Source: Candidatus Krumholzibacteriota bacterium
GTDB lineage: Bacteria > Krumholzibacteriota > Krumholzibacteriia > JAJRXK01
Length of the DNA: 64,000 nucleotides
Direction of reading: 5' to 3'
Assembly: GCA_963727455.1 (NCBI GenBank)
Contig: CAVSGG010000007.1
Location: 96,001 to 160,000 of the forward strand
A program made the position numbers and the translations under genes. Under the pieces are notes generated by a model that saw only the letters and a program-made list of their open reading frames with translations, did no database searches and was not told where the DNA came from. Of this stretch, positions 28,582-38,777 are shown in pieces; position 1 is the stretch's first letter; every line of letters begins with the position of its first letter.

Positions 28582-29337
28582 CTACAACGCGCCGCGCATC
28601 TCGTCCAGAATGTCGAGCAGCGCGCGCTGCGGATCCTCAGAGCGCGTGATGGGACGACCGATCACCAGGAAGTCCGCACCGCGTCGCAGCGCCTCGGCCG
28701 GAGTGGCCACGCGGCTCTGGTCTCCTCGTTCGCTTCCCCGGGGCCGGATACCGGGTATCACCAGCAGGGGCTCTTCTCCCAGTGCTTCGCGCAGGGGCTG
28801 GATCTCCTCGGCCGAGGCGACGAGTCCGGTCGCGCCGGCCCGCAAGGATTCGCGGGCCAGGCGCAGTACCAACTGGCTGCCGCTCTGCCGTGAGTCCAAG
28901 AGGAAGGGCAATTCGTCGGCGGCGAAACTGGTGAGGACGGTCACCGCAAGGACCGCAGGCGGAAGCGATCCCGCCGGCGCCCCGGGCAGCGCTTCGGATG
29001 CCGCCTCCACCGCGCTGCGTACTCCGGCGCCGGCGGAGGCGTGCACGGTACAAAAGCGAGCTCCCAGCTCGCGCGCACTGCGGATGCCCCCGGCCATGGT
29101 GTTGGGAATGTCGTGAAACTTCAGGTCCAGGAACACGGCGAGCTCGCGCTCTACCAGTTCTCGAACCACACCGGGACCGGCTGCGGTGAAGAGTTGCAAG
29201 CCCACTTTCACCCATTTGAGCCGGGGAGTGAGTTGCTCGACCAGGCGCAAGGCCTCCGAGCGGCTCGAGGTGTCCAGGGCCAGGATGAGCCGAGCCTCCG
29301 GCTCTTTTTCCCGATAAGCATTCGGATCGAGCCGCAT
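28582..29337 (-). CDS. pyrF: Orotidine-5'-phosphate decarboxylase
   Basis: LILALD, KVGLQLF, FLDLKFHDIPNT, AVTVLTS, PGIRP, LVIGRPIT. Confidence 0.95.
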   Translation of the reverse strand: MRLDPNAYREKEPEARLILALDTSSRSEALRLVEQLTPRLKWVKVGLQLFTAAGPGVVRELVERELAVFLDLKFHDIPNTMAGGIRSARELGARFCTVHASAGAGVRSAVEAASEALPGAPAGSLPPAVLAVTVLTSFAADELPFLLDSRQSGSQLVLRLARESLRAGATGLVASAEEIQPLREALGEEPLLVIPGIRPRGSERGDQSRVATPAEALRRGADFLVIGRPITRSEDPQRALLDILDEMRGAL

Positions 29338-29467
29338 ACCTGAGCCCTTCTGTTCGATGATCCCTTGCTTGGGCGGGCCGCCCTCGGCTAGCTTGGTGCG
29401 CGAAGTGGATGCCAGGGGTTTTCATACCCCAGCTCCAAGCGCAACGCAAGCAATCGGGAGACTCATC

Positions 29468-30730
29468 GTGCTCGACCGCCGCTTCATCCGCGAACACGAA
29501 GCCGAAGTACGTCAGGGAATCATTGACAAGAATGAGTCCGCCAAGCTGGATGATTTCCTCTCCGCCGACCGCCGCCGGCGCGAGCTTCTGGTGGAAGTGG
29601 AGGCGCTGAGAGCCCGGCGCAACCAGGCCTCGCAGGAGATCGGAGAGGCCAAGAAGAGCGGGCAGGACGCCAGGGAGGCAATCGCCTCCATGAAGAAGGT
29701 CTCAGACGAGATCAAAGCGGGAGAGGGACGGCTCGTCGAACTCGACGAAGAACTCTCGAGGCTCGAGCTGAGCATTCCGAATCTTCCCGATCCCGACGTA
29801 CCGCGCGGCACCGAAGAAGCGAACGAGGTAATTCGCAGTTGGGGAGAGCCGAAAGCTCTGGACTACGCCAAGCCGCACTGGGAGACGGGGGAGCGTCTGG
29901 GCTTGCTGGATCTTGAGGCTGCGGCGCGCATGAGCGGCAGCGGATTTTTTCTTTTGAAGGGGGCCGGCGCCCGGCTTGAACGCGCGCTGATCAACTGGTT
30001 TCTCGACGTGCATCTGGAGCAGGGTTATCAGGAAATCAATGCGCCGTATCTGGTTCGCGACCACGCGGTGCGGGGCACGGGCCAGCTGCCGAAGTTGGCC
30101 GACGACATGTACCAGACCACCGAGGACGGGCTGTGGCTCATTCCCACCGCCGAAGTTTCGGTGACTAACATCCATCGCGAGAGCATTCTCGCCCCCGACG
30201 ACCTGCCGCGCCGCTATGTTTCGTTCAGCCCCTGCTTTCGCCGCGAGGCGGGCAGCGCGGGCAAGGACACTCGTGGCATGTTGCGCGTCCATCAATTTCA
30301 CAAGGTGGAGATGGTTCGTTTTTGCCGCCCGGAGGATAGCGAACGCGAACTGGAAGAGCTGGTCATCAACGCGACGGATCTCCTGGAGGGTCTGCAGCTG
30401 CCCTATCGGGTGGTGAAGCTCGCCACCGCGGACCTCTCCTTCGCGGCCGCCAAGTGCTACGATCTCGAAGTCTACTCCCCGGGCGTGGACGCCTGGCTCG
30501 AGGTGAGCTCATGCAGCAATTTCCGCGATTTCCAGGCGCGGCGGGCGCAGATTCGCTGGCGGCGGGCGAAGGGGGAGAAGCCCATCTTCGTGCACACGCT
30601 GAACGGAAGCGGACTCGCGCTTCCTCGCGTTCTCGTCGCAATCATGGAGAACTATCTCACGGGCACGGGCAAGATCCGTGTCCCTGAGGTTCTGCGACCC
30701 TATATGGGGGGCGTGGAATACATCGGCTGA
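29468..30730 (+). CDS. serS: Serine--tRNA ligase
   Basis: LIPTAEV, FRREAGSAGKDTRG, HQFHKVE, EVSSCSN, HTLNGSGLA. GTG start after GGGAG. Confidence 0.97.
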   Translation: MLDRRFIREHEAEVRQGIIDKNESAKLDDFLSADRRRRELLVEVEALRARRNQASQEIGEAKKSGQDAREAIASMKKVSDEIKAGEGRLVELDEELSRLELSIPNLPDPDVPRGTEEANEVIRSWGEPKALDYAKPHWETGERLGLLDLEAAARMSGSGFFLLKGAGARLERALINWFLDVHLEQGYQEINAPYLVRDHAVRGTGQLPKLADDMYQTTEDGLWLIPTAEVSVTNIHRESILAPDDLPRRYVSFSPCFRREAGSAGKDTRGMLRVHQFHKVEMVRFCRPEDSERELEELVINATDLLEGLQLPYRVVKLATADLSFAAAKCYDLEVYSPGVDAWLEVSSCSNFRDFQARRAQIRWRRAKGEKPIFVHTLNGSGLALPRVLVAIMENYLTGTGKIRVPEVLRPYMGGVEYIG

Positions 30731-30746
30731 ACGGGGCTTGAGAGCC

Positions 30747-32021
30747 ATGCCATCCGCGGTCTTGCGAGGTCCCACGGTGAGGGCGCTCCTCAAGAGCTAC
30801 TTGCTCTTGGGTCTCGCGCTCATCGTCCTGGCGATCGTGGTCTTCTCCCTCAATCTCAACCGGGCAGTGGAGCGCCAGGCGGGACTGACGACGCGCCTGT
30901 TGGCGGACCTCGCCGCCGAGCGGCTGCTCTCGGAGAATCCCAATCAGCTCCGCGACCTGCGCGAGGCCATGGATGAGCTCTCCGTACCGGTCATCATGAC
31001 CGACGCAGCCGGTCTGCCGGTGTTTTGGAACGCGAGCCAGGTCGGCATCGCGCTTCCGGACAACCCCGATGCCTTCAAGAACGAGAATCCTCAAAACCCC
31101 CATGACCCGGTTCTGAAGAAGTTGCTGGAGAAGGTGACGGAATTCGACCATCACCGTGCGCCGCTGAACGTGAGTGATCCCGAGGGCGGAACCATCTTCT
31201 ATCTGCACTACGGCGAGAACGAACTCACGCGACGACTCACGATCATGCCCCTGCTCGAAGCGGCTCTCATCGTGGCCTTCATGGGAGTGGCCTTGGTCGC
31301 CTTCCGCAATCTCAAACGCAGTGAGGAGCGCAGCCTCTGGGTGGGGATGGCCAAGGAGACCGCTCACCAGATGGGGACGCCACTCACCAGTATGAGCGGG
31401 TGGCTCGCTCTCTTGAGCGAGGAGACGGCGGAGGGCAAGGAACACGCTGGCGAACCCGCTTCGAAGGTGGATCGCCATCAGGTACTCAAGGAACTCGAGC
31501 GCGATCATGCGAGACTCGCCAAGGTCTCGGACCGCTTCTCCCAAATCGGCAGTCGCCCCAAGCTCGTGTCGGCGCGCGTAGATCAACTCGTGGAAAACGC
31601 GTGCGCGTATTTTCGCCGCCGATTGCCTCATCTCAAGAGTCACGTGGAGATCAGCAGTTCCATCGAGGAGACTCCGCTCGCGCCGGTCAATCCCGAGCTC
31701 TTGGAGTGGGCCCTGGAGAATCTCATCAAGAATGCTCTGGACGCCATCGACAAGGAACAGGGTCTGGTGAAGGTTGCCTGCCGTTACGACGCGGAGGACA
31801 TGGAAGTGGTGATCTCGGTCACCGACAACGGGAAGGGCATGACACCGGCGGTGCAGCGCCGGGTCTTCGCGCCGGGATTTTCGACGCGGGAAGGCGGTTG
31901 GGGTCTGGGGCTGGTGCTCGTGAAGCGAATTGTGGACGAGTATCACGGGGGCAGCGTCGACGTGGCCTGGACCGAGCCGGGCCAAGGCAGCACCCTGCGC
32001 ATCCGGCTGAAGACTCGCTGA
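30747..32021 (+). CDS. Membrane sensor histidine kinase
   Basis: Two transmembrane helices; WVGMAKETAHQMGTP (H-box), ENLIKNALDA, DNGKGM, GWGLGL; directly upstream of the PorX-like regulator. Confidence 0.9.
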   Translation: MPSAVLRGPTVRALLKSYLLLGLALIVLAIVVFSLNLNRAVERQAGLTTRLLADLAAERLLSENPNQLRDLREAMDELSVPVIMTDAAGLPVFWNASQVGIALPDNPDAFKNENPQNPHDPVLKKLLEKVTEFDHHRAPLNVSDPEGGTIFYLHYGENELTRRLTIMPLLEAALIVAFMGVALVAFRNLKRSEERSLWVGMAKETAHQMGTPLTSMSGWLALLSEETAEGKEHAGEPASKVDRHQVLKELERDHARLAKVSDRFSQIGSRPKLVSARVDQLVENACAYFRRRLPHLKSHVEISSSIEETPLAPVNPELLEWALENLIKNALDAIDKEQGLVKVACRYDAEDMEVVISVTDNGKGMTPAVQRRVFAPGFSTREGGWGLGLVLVKRIVDEYHGGSVDVAWTEPGQGSTLRIRLKTR

Positions 32022-32083
32022 AAGCTCGTGGATTGCGCCGAATTGACTTAGCTTCTTTTCCAGGGATCCAGCCGGGAGAAGCC

Positions 32084-33637
32084 ATGCCGACACGTACCGT
32101 TCTGTGGGTCGACGATCAAATCGAGGAGCTGCGCAGCCAGATTCTCTTCCTTCAGGCCAAGGGTTTCGAGGTCGAAGGAGTGAGCAACGGTGATGACGCC
32201 CTCGCCCTGCTCAAAGAGCGTCGCTTCGACGTGATCTTGCTCGACGAAATGATGCCCGGGCGCAATGGCATCGAGACGCTCCAGGGAATTCGTCAGCTCA
32301 ACGACAACGTCCCGGTAATCATGATCACCAAGAGCGACGAAGAGGAGCTCATGGACCGCGCCCTGGGCCGTCGCATCAACGACTTTCTGGTGAAGCCGGT
32401 CAATCCCAACCAGATCCTGCTCTCGCTGAAAAAGACCCTCGACGAGGAGGCCATCCAGGAACGCCAGGTGGCGCAGGACTATCTGCGAGGCTTCAATCAA
32501 CTCACGCGCGACCGCCTGGAAGCGCGCAGCCACGAAGACTGGTCGAGGATCTTCGAGAAACTCGTCAGCTGGGAGCTCAGGCTGGGGGAGCTGTCCGACA
32601 CCTCCTTGGTGCAAACTCATCGCGAGCAGTTGCGCGATGCCAACAACAACTTTGGACGTTTCGTGGAGGACAATTACAAGTCCTGGATGAGTTCTCATGA
32701 GCGCCCGGTCATGAGCACCGACGTGGTCCAAAAGTGGGTCGCACCGCACTTGCGGGCGGGCAAGAAGGTCTTTTTCTTCGTGATCGATTGCATGCGCCTG
32801 GACCAGTGGCGTCAACTCGCGAGTTTTCTCACTCCCATGTATCAGCTCGAGGAGAGCCTCTACTACAGCATGCTTCCCTCGGCGACCCCCTTCGCGCGCA
32901 ACGCCATCTTCGCCGGCCTGAGTCCCCTGGAAATCTCTAAGCGTTATCCCAAGTGGTGGCGCGGTTCGGCGCGCGAGGAGCGCAGCAAGAACGCGTTCGA
33001 GCCGCAGCTGCTCCAGGCGCAGCTGGAGCGCATCGGCCTCGGCCAGATGGGCTTCAAGTACTTCAAGACCTTCAACATCGACGAAACAGAGGCGATGGCG
33101 AAACAGATCCCCAGCTTGGGTGACGTACCTCTGGTCGTGGGGGTGATCAACTTCCTGGACATCCTCGCCCACGGACGGTCCACCAACGATTTGCTCATGG
33201 AGCTTGCACCCGATGAAGTCGCCTTCCGAAGCGTGATGCGCTCGTGGTTCCAACATTCGGCGATCTTCGATCTGCTGAAGTCGCTGGCGCAGACCAGCGG
33301 CAACGTGGTGGTCATTACGACCGATCACGGGTCGGTACAAGTGCGCAAGGCGGCCAAGGTGAAAGCCAAGAAAGAGGCCTCCAACAACGTGCGCTACAAA
33401 TACGGCGACAATTTGAACGTCGATGCCCGCACTGCGTTCATCATGAAAAATCCGCCCGATTACGGTCTACCGAAGGACTCTCCCATCCAGAACTACATCT
33501 GTGCCAAGGACTACAACTACTTCGTGTATCCCACGAACTATCACGAGTACGAACGGCAGTACCGCGGTTCGTTTCAGCACGGGGGGATTTCCCTGGAAGA
33601 GATGATCGTGCCCTGCTGCACTCTCACGGTGGAATGA
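32084..33637 (+). CDS. porX: PorX-like response regulator (receiver domain + PglZ/alkaline-phosphatase domain)
   Basis: VLWVDD, LLDEMMPG, MITKS; PglZ motifs IDCMRLDQW, LPSATPFARNAIF, TTDHGS, FQHGGISLEEM; followed by tsaE as in Bacteroidota. Confidence 0.88.
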   Translation: MPTRTVLWVDDQIEELRSQILFLQAKGFEVEGVSNGDDALALLKERRFDVILLDEMMPGRNGIETLQGIRQLNDNVPVIMITKSDEEELMDRALGRRINDFLVKPVNPNQILLSLKKTLDEEAIQERQVAQDYLRGFNQLTRDRLEARSHEDWSRIFEKLVSWELRLGELSDTSLVQTHREQLRDANNNFGRFVEDNYKSWMSSHERPVMSTDVVQKWVAPHLRAGKKVFFFVIDCMRLDQWRQLASFLTPMYQLEESLYYSMLPSATPFARNAIFAGLSPLEISKRYPKWWRGSAREERSKNAFEPQLLQAQLERIGLGQMGFKYFKTFNIDETEAMAKQIPSLGDVPLVVGVINFLDILAHGRSTNDLLMELAPDEVAFRSVMRSWFQHSAIFDLLKSLAQTSGNVVVITTDHGSVQVRKAAKVKAKKEASNNVRYKYGDNLNVDARTAFIMKNPPDYGLPKDSPIQNYICAKDYNYFVYPTNYHEYERQYRGSFQHGGISLEEMIVPCCTLTVE

Positions 33638-33641
33638 GCCA

Positions 33642-34154
33642 ATGGGCGAGCGGCTGGTCGCCGAAACCCATAGCGTCTTGGAAACGACGCAGCTAGCCGC
33701 CGCCCTGGCGGCAGAGCTCCGCGCGGGAGATGCGGTCTGTCTCTTCGGAGATCTCGGCGCGGGGAAAACTACTTTCGTGAAGGGCGTGCTGTCCGCGCTG
33801 GGCGCCGATGAACGCATCGTGACTTCACCCACCTTCACTCTGGAAAATCGTTACCCTCTGAACGGGACGCATGGAATCGCCGAGGCCGTTCACGCCGATC
33901 TCTACCGTATGGAGGGAAGGGTCGAAGAGGACCTCTGCGCGTCCCTCCTGGAGGCGAGGGAGGAGGGAGCCCTCATTCTGGTTGAGTGGGCGGAGGCGCT
34001 GAGCGAATACCTCGCGCCATGTTATATCCTGCGTCTCACTTTGGCACAGGGAGCGGCTGCGAGGAGCACGACCCGCAGCTTGGAGTTGTCGCATACGCGG
34101 GAGGAACTCGCGCCCGGCTTGAACTCGGCGTGGAAGGGAAAGAGGAGCGCATGA
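33642..34154 (+). CDS. tsaE: t6A biosynthesis ATPase
   Basis: LFGDLGAGKTTF, VTSPTFTL, HADLYR, LVEWAE. Confidence 0.93.
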   Translation: MGERLVAETHSVLETTQLAAALAAELRAGDAVCLFGDLGAGKTTFVKGVLSALGADERIVTSPTFTLENRYPLNGTHGIAEAVHADLYRMEGRVEEDLCASLLEAREEGALILVEWAEALSEYLAPCYILRLTLAQGAAARSTTRSLELSHTREELAPGLNSAWKGKRSA

Positions 34155-34945
34155 GCCTGATCTTGGCCCTCGATTCCTCCCGCCGTCGTGGCGGTTCCGT
34201 CGCTCTCGCCGAGGGTCAAAGACTCTTGGCTCTCATCGAGCACGATCCGGCCCAGGGCTACGCGGAGGCCTTCTTTGGACTCGCGGATCGCGCGCTGGAA
34301 ACGGCGGGTCGCCGTCGCGAGGAGATCGAGCAACTGGCCGTGGTGACCGGGCCCGGTTCCTATACTGGTCTGCGTATCGGGGTGATGACCGCCAAGAGTC
34401 TCGCGCACGCCGATTCGCTGGCGCTCTTTGGCTGTAGCAGTCTCGAGCTGATTGCCGGTCGAGCGCTCCTCGCGCCGAAGGACCCGCAAGCGGCTCCGGC
34501 GCCGGACGGGCCGACGACAGAAACGTCGGCACGCATTCTGGCGCTGATGGAGGCGGGACGGGAGGCAGTTTATGCCGCCGTGTACGATGCTCGGAGCACG
34601 GCTCTGCACCTCGTGCGTTCCCCGTGGCGGGCCCTCTTTTCGAGTTTGCAGGACGACTTGAAAGAGGAGTTTGGGCCCAATCTGATCTCCGCGGACGGCG
34701 AAGAGACCCTCGCGCTCGCGCGTGATGCAGCCCCCGAACTCTTCGGCGGAACCGAAATTCTGAAACCGGTCCCGCTAGCGGAAACCCTGGCTTTGACGGT
34801 GGCCGCAAAGTGTCCCTGGTGTGAAAGGGTGGATCCCGCTGCCCTGCTTCCGGTCTACCTTGGGCCCAGCCAGGCCGAACGCGCGGCTGGAATCAGGGTC
34901 AAAGCGGAGCATCTGAAATCCTTCGACAAGAAGCGCTCGCAATGA
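34151..34945 (+). CDS. tsaB: t6A biosynthesis protein
   Basis: LILALDSS, VVTGPGSYTGLRIG; ATGA overlap with tsaE. Confidence 0.92.
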   Translation: MSLILALDSSRRRGGSVALAEGQRLLALIEHDPAQGYAEAFFGLADRALETAGRRREEIEQLAVVTGPGSYTGLRIGVMTAKSLAHADSLALFGCSSLELIAGRALLAPKDPQAAPAPDGPTTETSARILALMEAGREAVYAAVYDARSTALHLVRSPWRALFSSLQDDLKEEFGPNLISADGEETLALARDAAPELFGGTEILKPVPLAETLALTVAAKCPWCERVDPAALLPVYLGPSQAERAAGIRVKAEHLKSFDKKRSQ

Positions 34946-35427
34946 GCGATCTGGCGATTCGTCCAGCCACTCTCAGCGACTTGAACACGATCCGTGCCAT
35001 GGAGGCGAGCATCTTCTCTAATCCCTGGAGCGAGGAAATGATCGCAGCCGAGCTCAGGGGCGATCCCCTCCGCATCGCGTTGCTCGCCCTGCAGGGGGAG
35101 ACGCCCGTCGCTTACATCTTCTGCTGGGCCGTGGCCGACGAGCTGCACGTGGTCAATTTGGGGGTGATCGAAGCGAAGCGGCGCAAGGGCTACGGTCGGG
35201 CTCTCCTGGAGGCGGTGCTTAACCACCCGCGTGCCAGCGAAGCTTGCCTGGTCACCCTGGAGGTGCGAGCGGAGAACGAATCGGCGCGGACTTTCTACCG
35301 CCAAAACGGCTTCAAAGAAATCGCCCTACGAAGGGGCTATTATCCGGATACTGGCGAAGATGCGGTAGTCATGCTCAAGAATCTGGCCTCAACGGGCAGT
35401 ACTTCCCCCGATCCCGAGGCGCTCTAG
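34942..35427 (+). CDS. rimI: Ribosomal-protein-alanine N-acetyltransferase
   Basis: NPWS, RRKGYG, LEVRAEN..ARTFY..GF, RRGYY..EDAVVM. Confidence 0.92.
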   Translation: MSDLAIRPATLSDLNTIRAMEASIFSNPWSEEMIAAELRGDPLRIALLALQGETPVAYIFCWAVADELHVVNLGVIEAKRRKGYGRALLEAVLNHPRASEACLVTLEVRAENESARTFYRQNGFKEIALRRGYYPDTGEDAVVMLKNLASTGSTSPDPEAL

Positions 35428-35528
35428 GGCGGCGGCCGCTTCGGAAAGCAATTGTCGAAAGATGCAAAAGAGGCCTAGATTGAAGACCAGTTCCGTCCTT
35501 GAAGAGACCATCGGGAGAGGGTAGCCCC

Positions 35529-36443
35529 ATGCCATCCTGGCTGAAGCGCGCGCGCAAGGGAATCGAGCAGTTGCGGAAGGACGGCACCAAGGTGCGTCCG
35601 CATCTGGAGGTTCCGGAGAATCTCTGGACCAAGTGCTCGTCCTGCGGCGACCTCATCTATCACAAGGAGCTCGCGGCGAATCTCTGGGTTTGCTACCAAT
35701 GCGGCCATCACATGGCCATCACCACCGAACAGTATCTGCATTTGCTGGTGGATGAGGGCTCCTTCGAAGAAACGCACCGCGGACTGGTGAGCGGCGACCC
35801 TCTGAATTTCAAGGACTCCAAACGCTACCGCGATCGGATCAAGGACAACCGAAACAAGACGGGCAAGGAAGACGCCGTGCTCACTGGGTTTGCCGAGATC
35901 TACGGAGTCAAGACCGCCCTGAGCGTCATGGACTTCTCCTTTCTCGGAGGCAGCATGGGTTCGGTGGTGGGGGAGAAAATCGCTCGCTGCGTGAAGGACG
36001 GAATCACGAACGAACTCCCCGTCATCATTCTCAGCCGCAGCGGCGGCGCGCGTATGCAGGAGTCGATCCTGTCGCTCATGCAAATGGCGAAGACGAGTGC
36101 GATGCTCGCGCGGCTCACGGAAGAAGGACTGCCCTTCATCTCCATTCTGACCAATCCTACCACCGGGGGCGTCACGGCCAGCTTCGCCATGCTCGGAGAC
36201 GTCATCTTTGCCGAGCCAGGGGCGCTCATCGGTTTCGCCGGACCGAGGGTCATTCAACAGACGATCAATGCCGAGCTTCCACAGGGCTTCCAGCGAAGCG
36301 AATTCCTCCTCGAGCACGGGATGGTGGATCGCATCGTGGAGCGCAAGAATCTCAAGCACGAGGTGCACGAGGCTCTTCGTTTCTTTTGCGATGGTGTGAA
36401 GCCTTGGCGGGAGGAGTCCAATGGGGCCGGAGCCCATTCCTGA
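35529..36443 (+). CDS. accD: Acetyl-CoA carboxylase carboxyltransferase beta subunit
   Basis: WTKCSSC..VCYQC zinc ribbon, GGSMGSVVGEK, SGGARMQE, PTTGGVTASFA, GFAGPRVI. Confidence 0.96.
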   Translation: MPSWLKRARKGIEQLRKDGTKVRPHLEVPENLWTKCSSCGDLIYHKELAANLWVCYQCGHHMAITTEQYLHLLVDEGSFEETHRGLVSGDPLNFKDSKRYRDRIKDNRNKTGKEDAVLTGFAEIYGVKTALSVMDFSFLGGSMGSVVGEKIARCVKDGITNELPVIILSRSGGARMQESILSLMQMAKTSAMLARLTEEGLPFISILTNPTTGGVTASFAMLGDVIFAEPGALIGFAGPRVIQQTINAELPQGFQRSEFLLEHGMVDRIVERKNLKHEVHEALRFFCDGVKPWREESNGAGAHS

Positions 36444-37803
36444 GCAACTCGATCTCGACGCACTTCTCCCCCCTTTCCGCGCCACCGATGAAGCCGCCCG
36501 CTGGCTCTTTGGCTTGCAACGTTTGGGGATGCGTCTCGGTCTGTCCTCGATCAAAGCGCTCCTGGGCGACATGGGCCATCCCGAGAGACAGATGCAGTGC
36601 ATCGTGGTGGCGGGAACCAACGGCAAGGGTACTGCTTCCATCCTCTTCGACGCTTTGAGCCGGGCGGCCGAGAGAAGGACGGGTCTCTACACCAGTCCCC
36701 ACATCTTGAAAATTCACGAGCGCGCTCTGGTGGATGGAGTGCCGATCTCCAGCGCCGAGCTTTCCGCGCTTCTGAGCGAATTCCGCGGGGCGATCATCGA
36801 AAGAGGTGCGACCTTTTTCGAGGCGATGACTGCACTCACCCTCTGTCACTTCGCGCGCAAGGGAGTGGAGCTGGCCGTGCTCGAAACCGGACTGGGGGGG
36901 CGCCTCGACGCGACGAACGCGGTGGATGCCTGTGGGGTGCTGTTGTGTTCGGTGGGCGCGGATCATCAGCACATCCTGGGTAACAGTCTGCGCGAGATCG
37001 CGACGGAAAAACTGAGCCTGGCCAAGCGGGGACGCCCCTTCTATCTGGGGCCGCTCCCGGCGCATCTCCGCGAGTACGCCCTGGAGTTCCTGGCCGCACG
37101 CGGGGCGGAGGCGGTCGACATGAGCGGATGTCCTCCCTACCGGGGATCCATGCTCCAGAGAGGTCGGCACCAAGCGGCGCTGGCCTCGGTGGTGAGAGCG
37201 TGCTATGAGGATCTGAGCGCGCGTTATGACTGGCCCCAAGGCGATGCCGAGGCTGCTTTGGCCGAGCTGCGGTTTCCCTGCCGCTACGAGCTCGTCGGCT
37301 CGCGACCCGAACTGATCCTGGACACCGCGCACAACGCTCCGGCGTTGAAAAGTCTCTTGGACCAGTGGACCCGGGAGGGGAGGAAGGAGGACCGCATCTT
37401 GGTGTTGGGAGTAATGCGCGACAAGAAGTTGCGCAGAGTCCTGGCCAAGCTGCGCCTGAGCGCCGCACTGGTTCTCTGCACGGAGCCCACTTGGTATCGC
37501 TCGCTTCCCGCGGCGACGCTGCAGCGTTTGCTCCTGAACGCGCCCGAAGGGGGGGACTCACCGGTTCTCGAAGTGGGCGGAGTCCGAGAGAGCCTGCTCT
37601 ATGCGCGCGCATGGGCGAAGCGCCGTCGCCAAGAAGGGGGACGTCCCTCCATTATGCTCACCGGCTCGAACTTCACGGTGGCGGAGGCGCTGGACCGGCT
37701 GGGCTTTGACGATATCCATGCGCCGGCCCGCCCGACACTCTGGGACGAAGGCGAGCCGCTACGCCGTCGTACCCGCAGGCAGAATCAGGAGGCATCGCGG
37801 TGA
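36421..37803 (+). CDS. folC: Folylpolyglutamate synthase/dihydrofolate synthase
   Basis: VAGTNGKG, YTSPH, TFFE, ETGLGGRLDATN, LDTAHN, TGS. Confidence 0.9.
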   Translation: MGPEPIPEQLDLDALLPPFRATDEAARWLFGLQRLGMRLGLSSIKALLGDMGHPERQMQCIVVAGTNGKGTASILFDALSRAAERRTGLYTSPHILKIHERALVDGVPISSAELSALLSEFRGAIIERGATFFEAMTALTLCHFARKGVELAVLETGLGGRLDATNAVDACGVLLCSVGADHQHILGNSLREIATEKLSLAKRGRPFYLGPLPAHLREYALEFLAARGAEAVDMSGCPPYRGSMLQRGRHQAALASVVRACYEDLSARYDWPQGDAEAALAELRFPCRYELVGSRPELILDTAHNAPALKSLLDQWTREGRKEDRILVLGVMRDKKLRRVLAKLRLSAALVLCTEPTWYRSLPAATLQRLLLNAPEGGDSPVLEVGGVRESLLYARAWAKRRRQEGGRPSIMLTGSNFTVAEALDRLGFDDIHAPARPTLWDEGEPLRRRTRRQNQEASR

Positions 37804-38777
37804 GCGCAGTTCTCGGCATCGATATCGGCGGGACCAGCTGCAAGCTGGTCTTGCTGGGTGATGACGACAAAATGAGCGAAGAAAGCAATTTCTCCACCCA
37901 AGATCTTTCCGGACCTTCGGATTTCCTGGAGCGCTTGCAAGAGGCGGTGATGCCCTGGTTGCGTTCGGCCGACGCACCGCGCGCGGCCGGAGTGGCAGTG
38001 GCGGGACTCTTGACCAACGAGGGGATTTTGGAGGACGCGCCCAACCTGCAAGAGCTGCGCGGCTGGCGCGTGGCGGACGAAGTCTCCGAGTGCCTTTTGG
38101 GTCTGCCCGTGGTGGCGGAGAACGACGTGAACGCGATGGCCTACGGAGAATTCGAGCTGGGTGCGGGCCGCGAGGCGCGGCATATGATTCTCCTCGCCTT
38201 GGGAACCGGCGTGGGTGGAGCCATTCTCATCGATGGGAAGCTTTACCGGGGAACTCGGGGGGTGGCTGGGGAGTTGGGACATATAACCCTCCAAGTCGAC
38301 GGACCGGATTGCAGCTGTGGTGAGCCCGGCCATGTGGAGGCCTATCTGGGGAGTAAGGGGATCGCCGTCCTCGCGGGAAGCCGGCTCGACGCAGCGGATG
38401 ACGAACAGAAGAAAGCACTGCTGGCGGCCTGTCGGGCCGAGGGCGAGCTTTCGACCCGCGCCATCGCGACGGCCGCAGAGAAGGGAGATCCCCTCAGCGC
38501 ATCCATCTTGGCGGACGTCGGTCGTCTTCTGGGTTTGGTCTGCGCGAGTTACGTGAACATCTTCAACCCCGACGTCATCGTGATCGGAGGGGGAGCTGCC
38601 CTGAGCGGAGACGCATTGTTGGGGCCGGCACGCAAGAGCATGAAAGAGCGGTCCATGCCCGCCGCCCGGAAGGGGGTGCGCATGGTGGCCGCCGAACTCG
38701 GGCTCCCCGCGGCGGCGATCGGAGCGGCCCTGCTCTCACGCCAAGCGCTCTCGGCGAATGGGGAGATGGAGTCCTGA
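37800..38777 (+). CDS. ROK family sugar kinase (glucokinase-like)
   Basis: GIDIGGT, ENDVNA, LGTGVGG, GELGH..CSCG..HVE. Confidence 0.92.
   Translation: MSAVLGIDIGGTSCKLVLLGDDDKMSEESNFSTQDLSGPSDFLERLQEAVMPWLRSADAPRAAGVAVAGLLTNEGILEDAPNLQELRGWRVADEVSECLLGLPVVAENDVNAMAYGEFELGAGREARHMILLALGTGVGGAILIDGKLYRGTRGVAGELGHITLQVDGPDCSCGEPGHVEAYLGSKGIAVLAGSRLDAADDEQKKALLAACRAEGELSTRAIATAAEKGDPLSASILADVGRLLGLVCASYVNIFNPDVIVIGGGAALSGDALLGPARKSMKERSMPAARKGVRMVAAELGLPAAAIGAALLSRQALSANGEMES

Noticed and set aside
32084-33637. PglZ domain as evidence of a BREX defence system
   Set aside because: It is fused to a receiver domain, sits in the porX-tsaE context, and no brxC, pglX or brxL genes are nearby.
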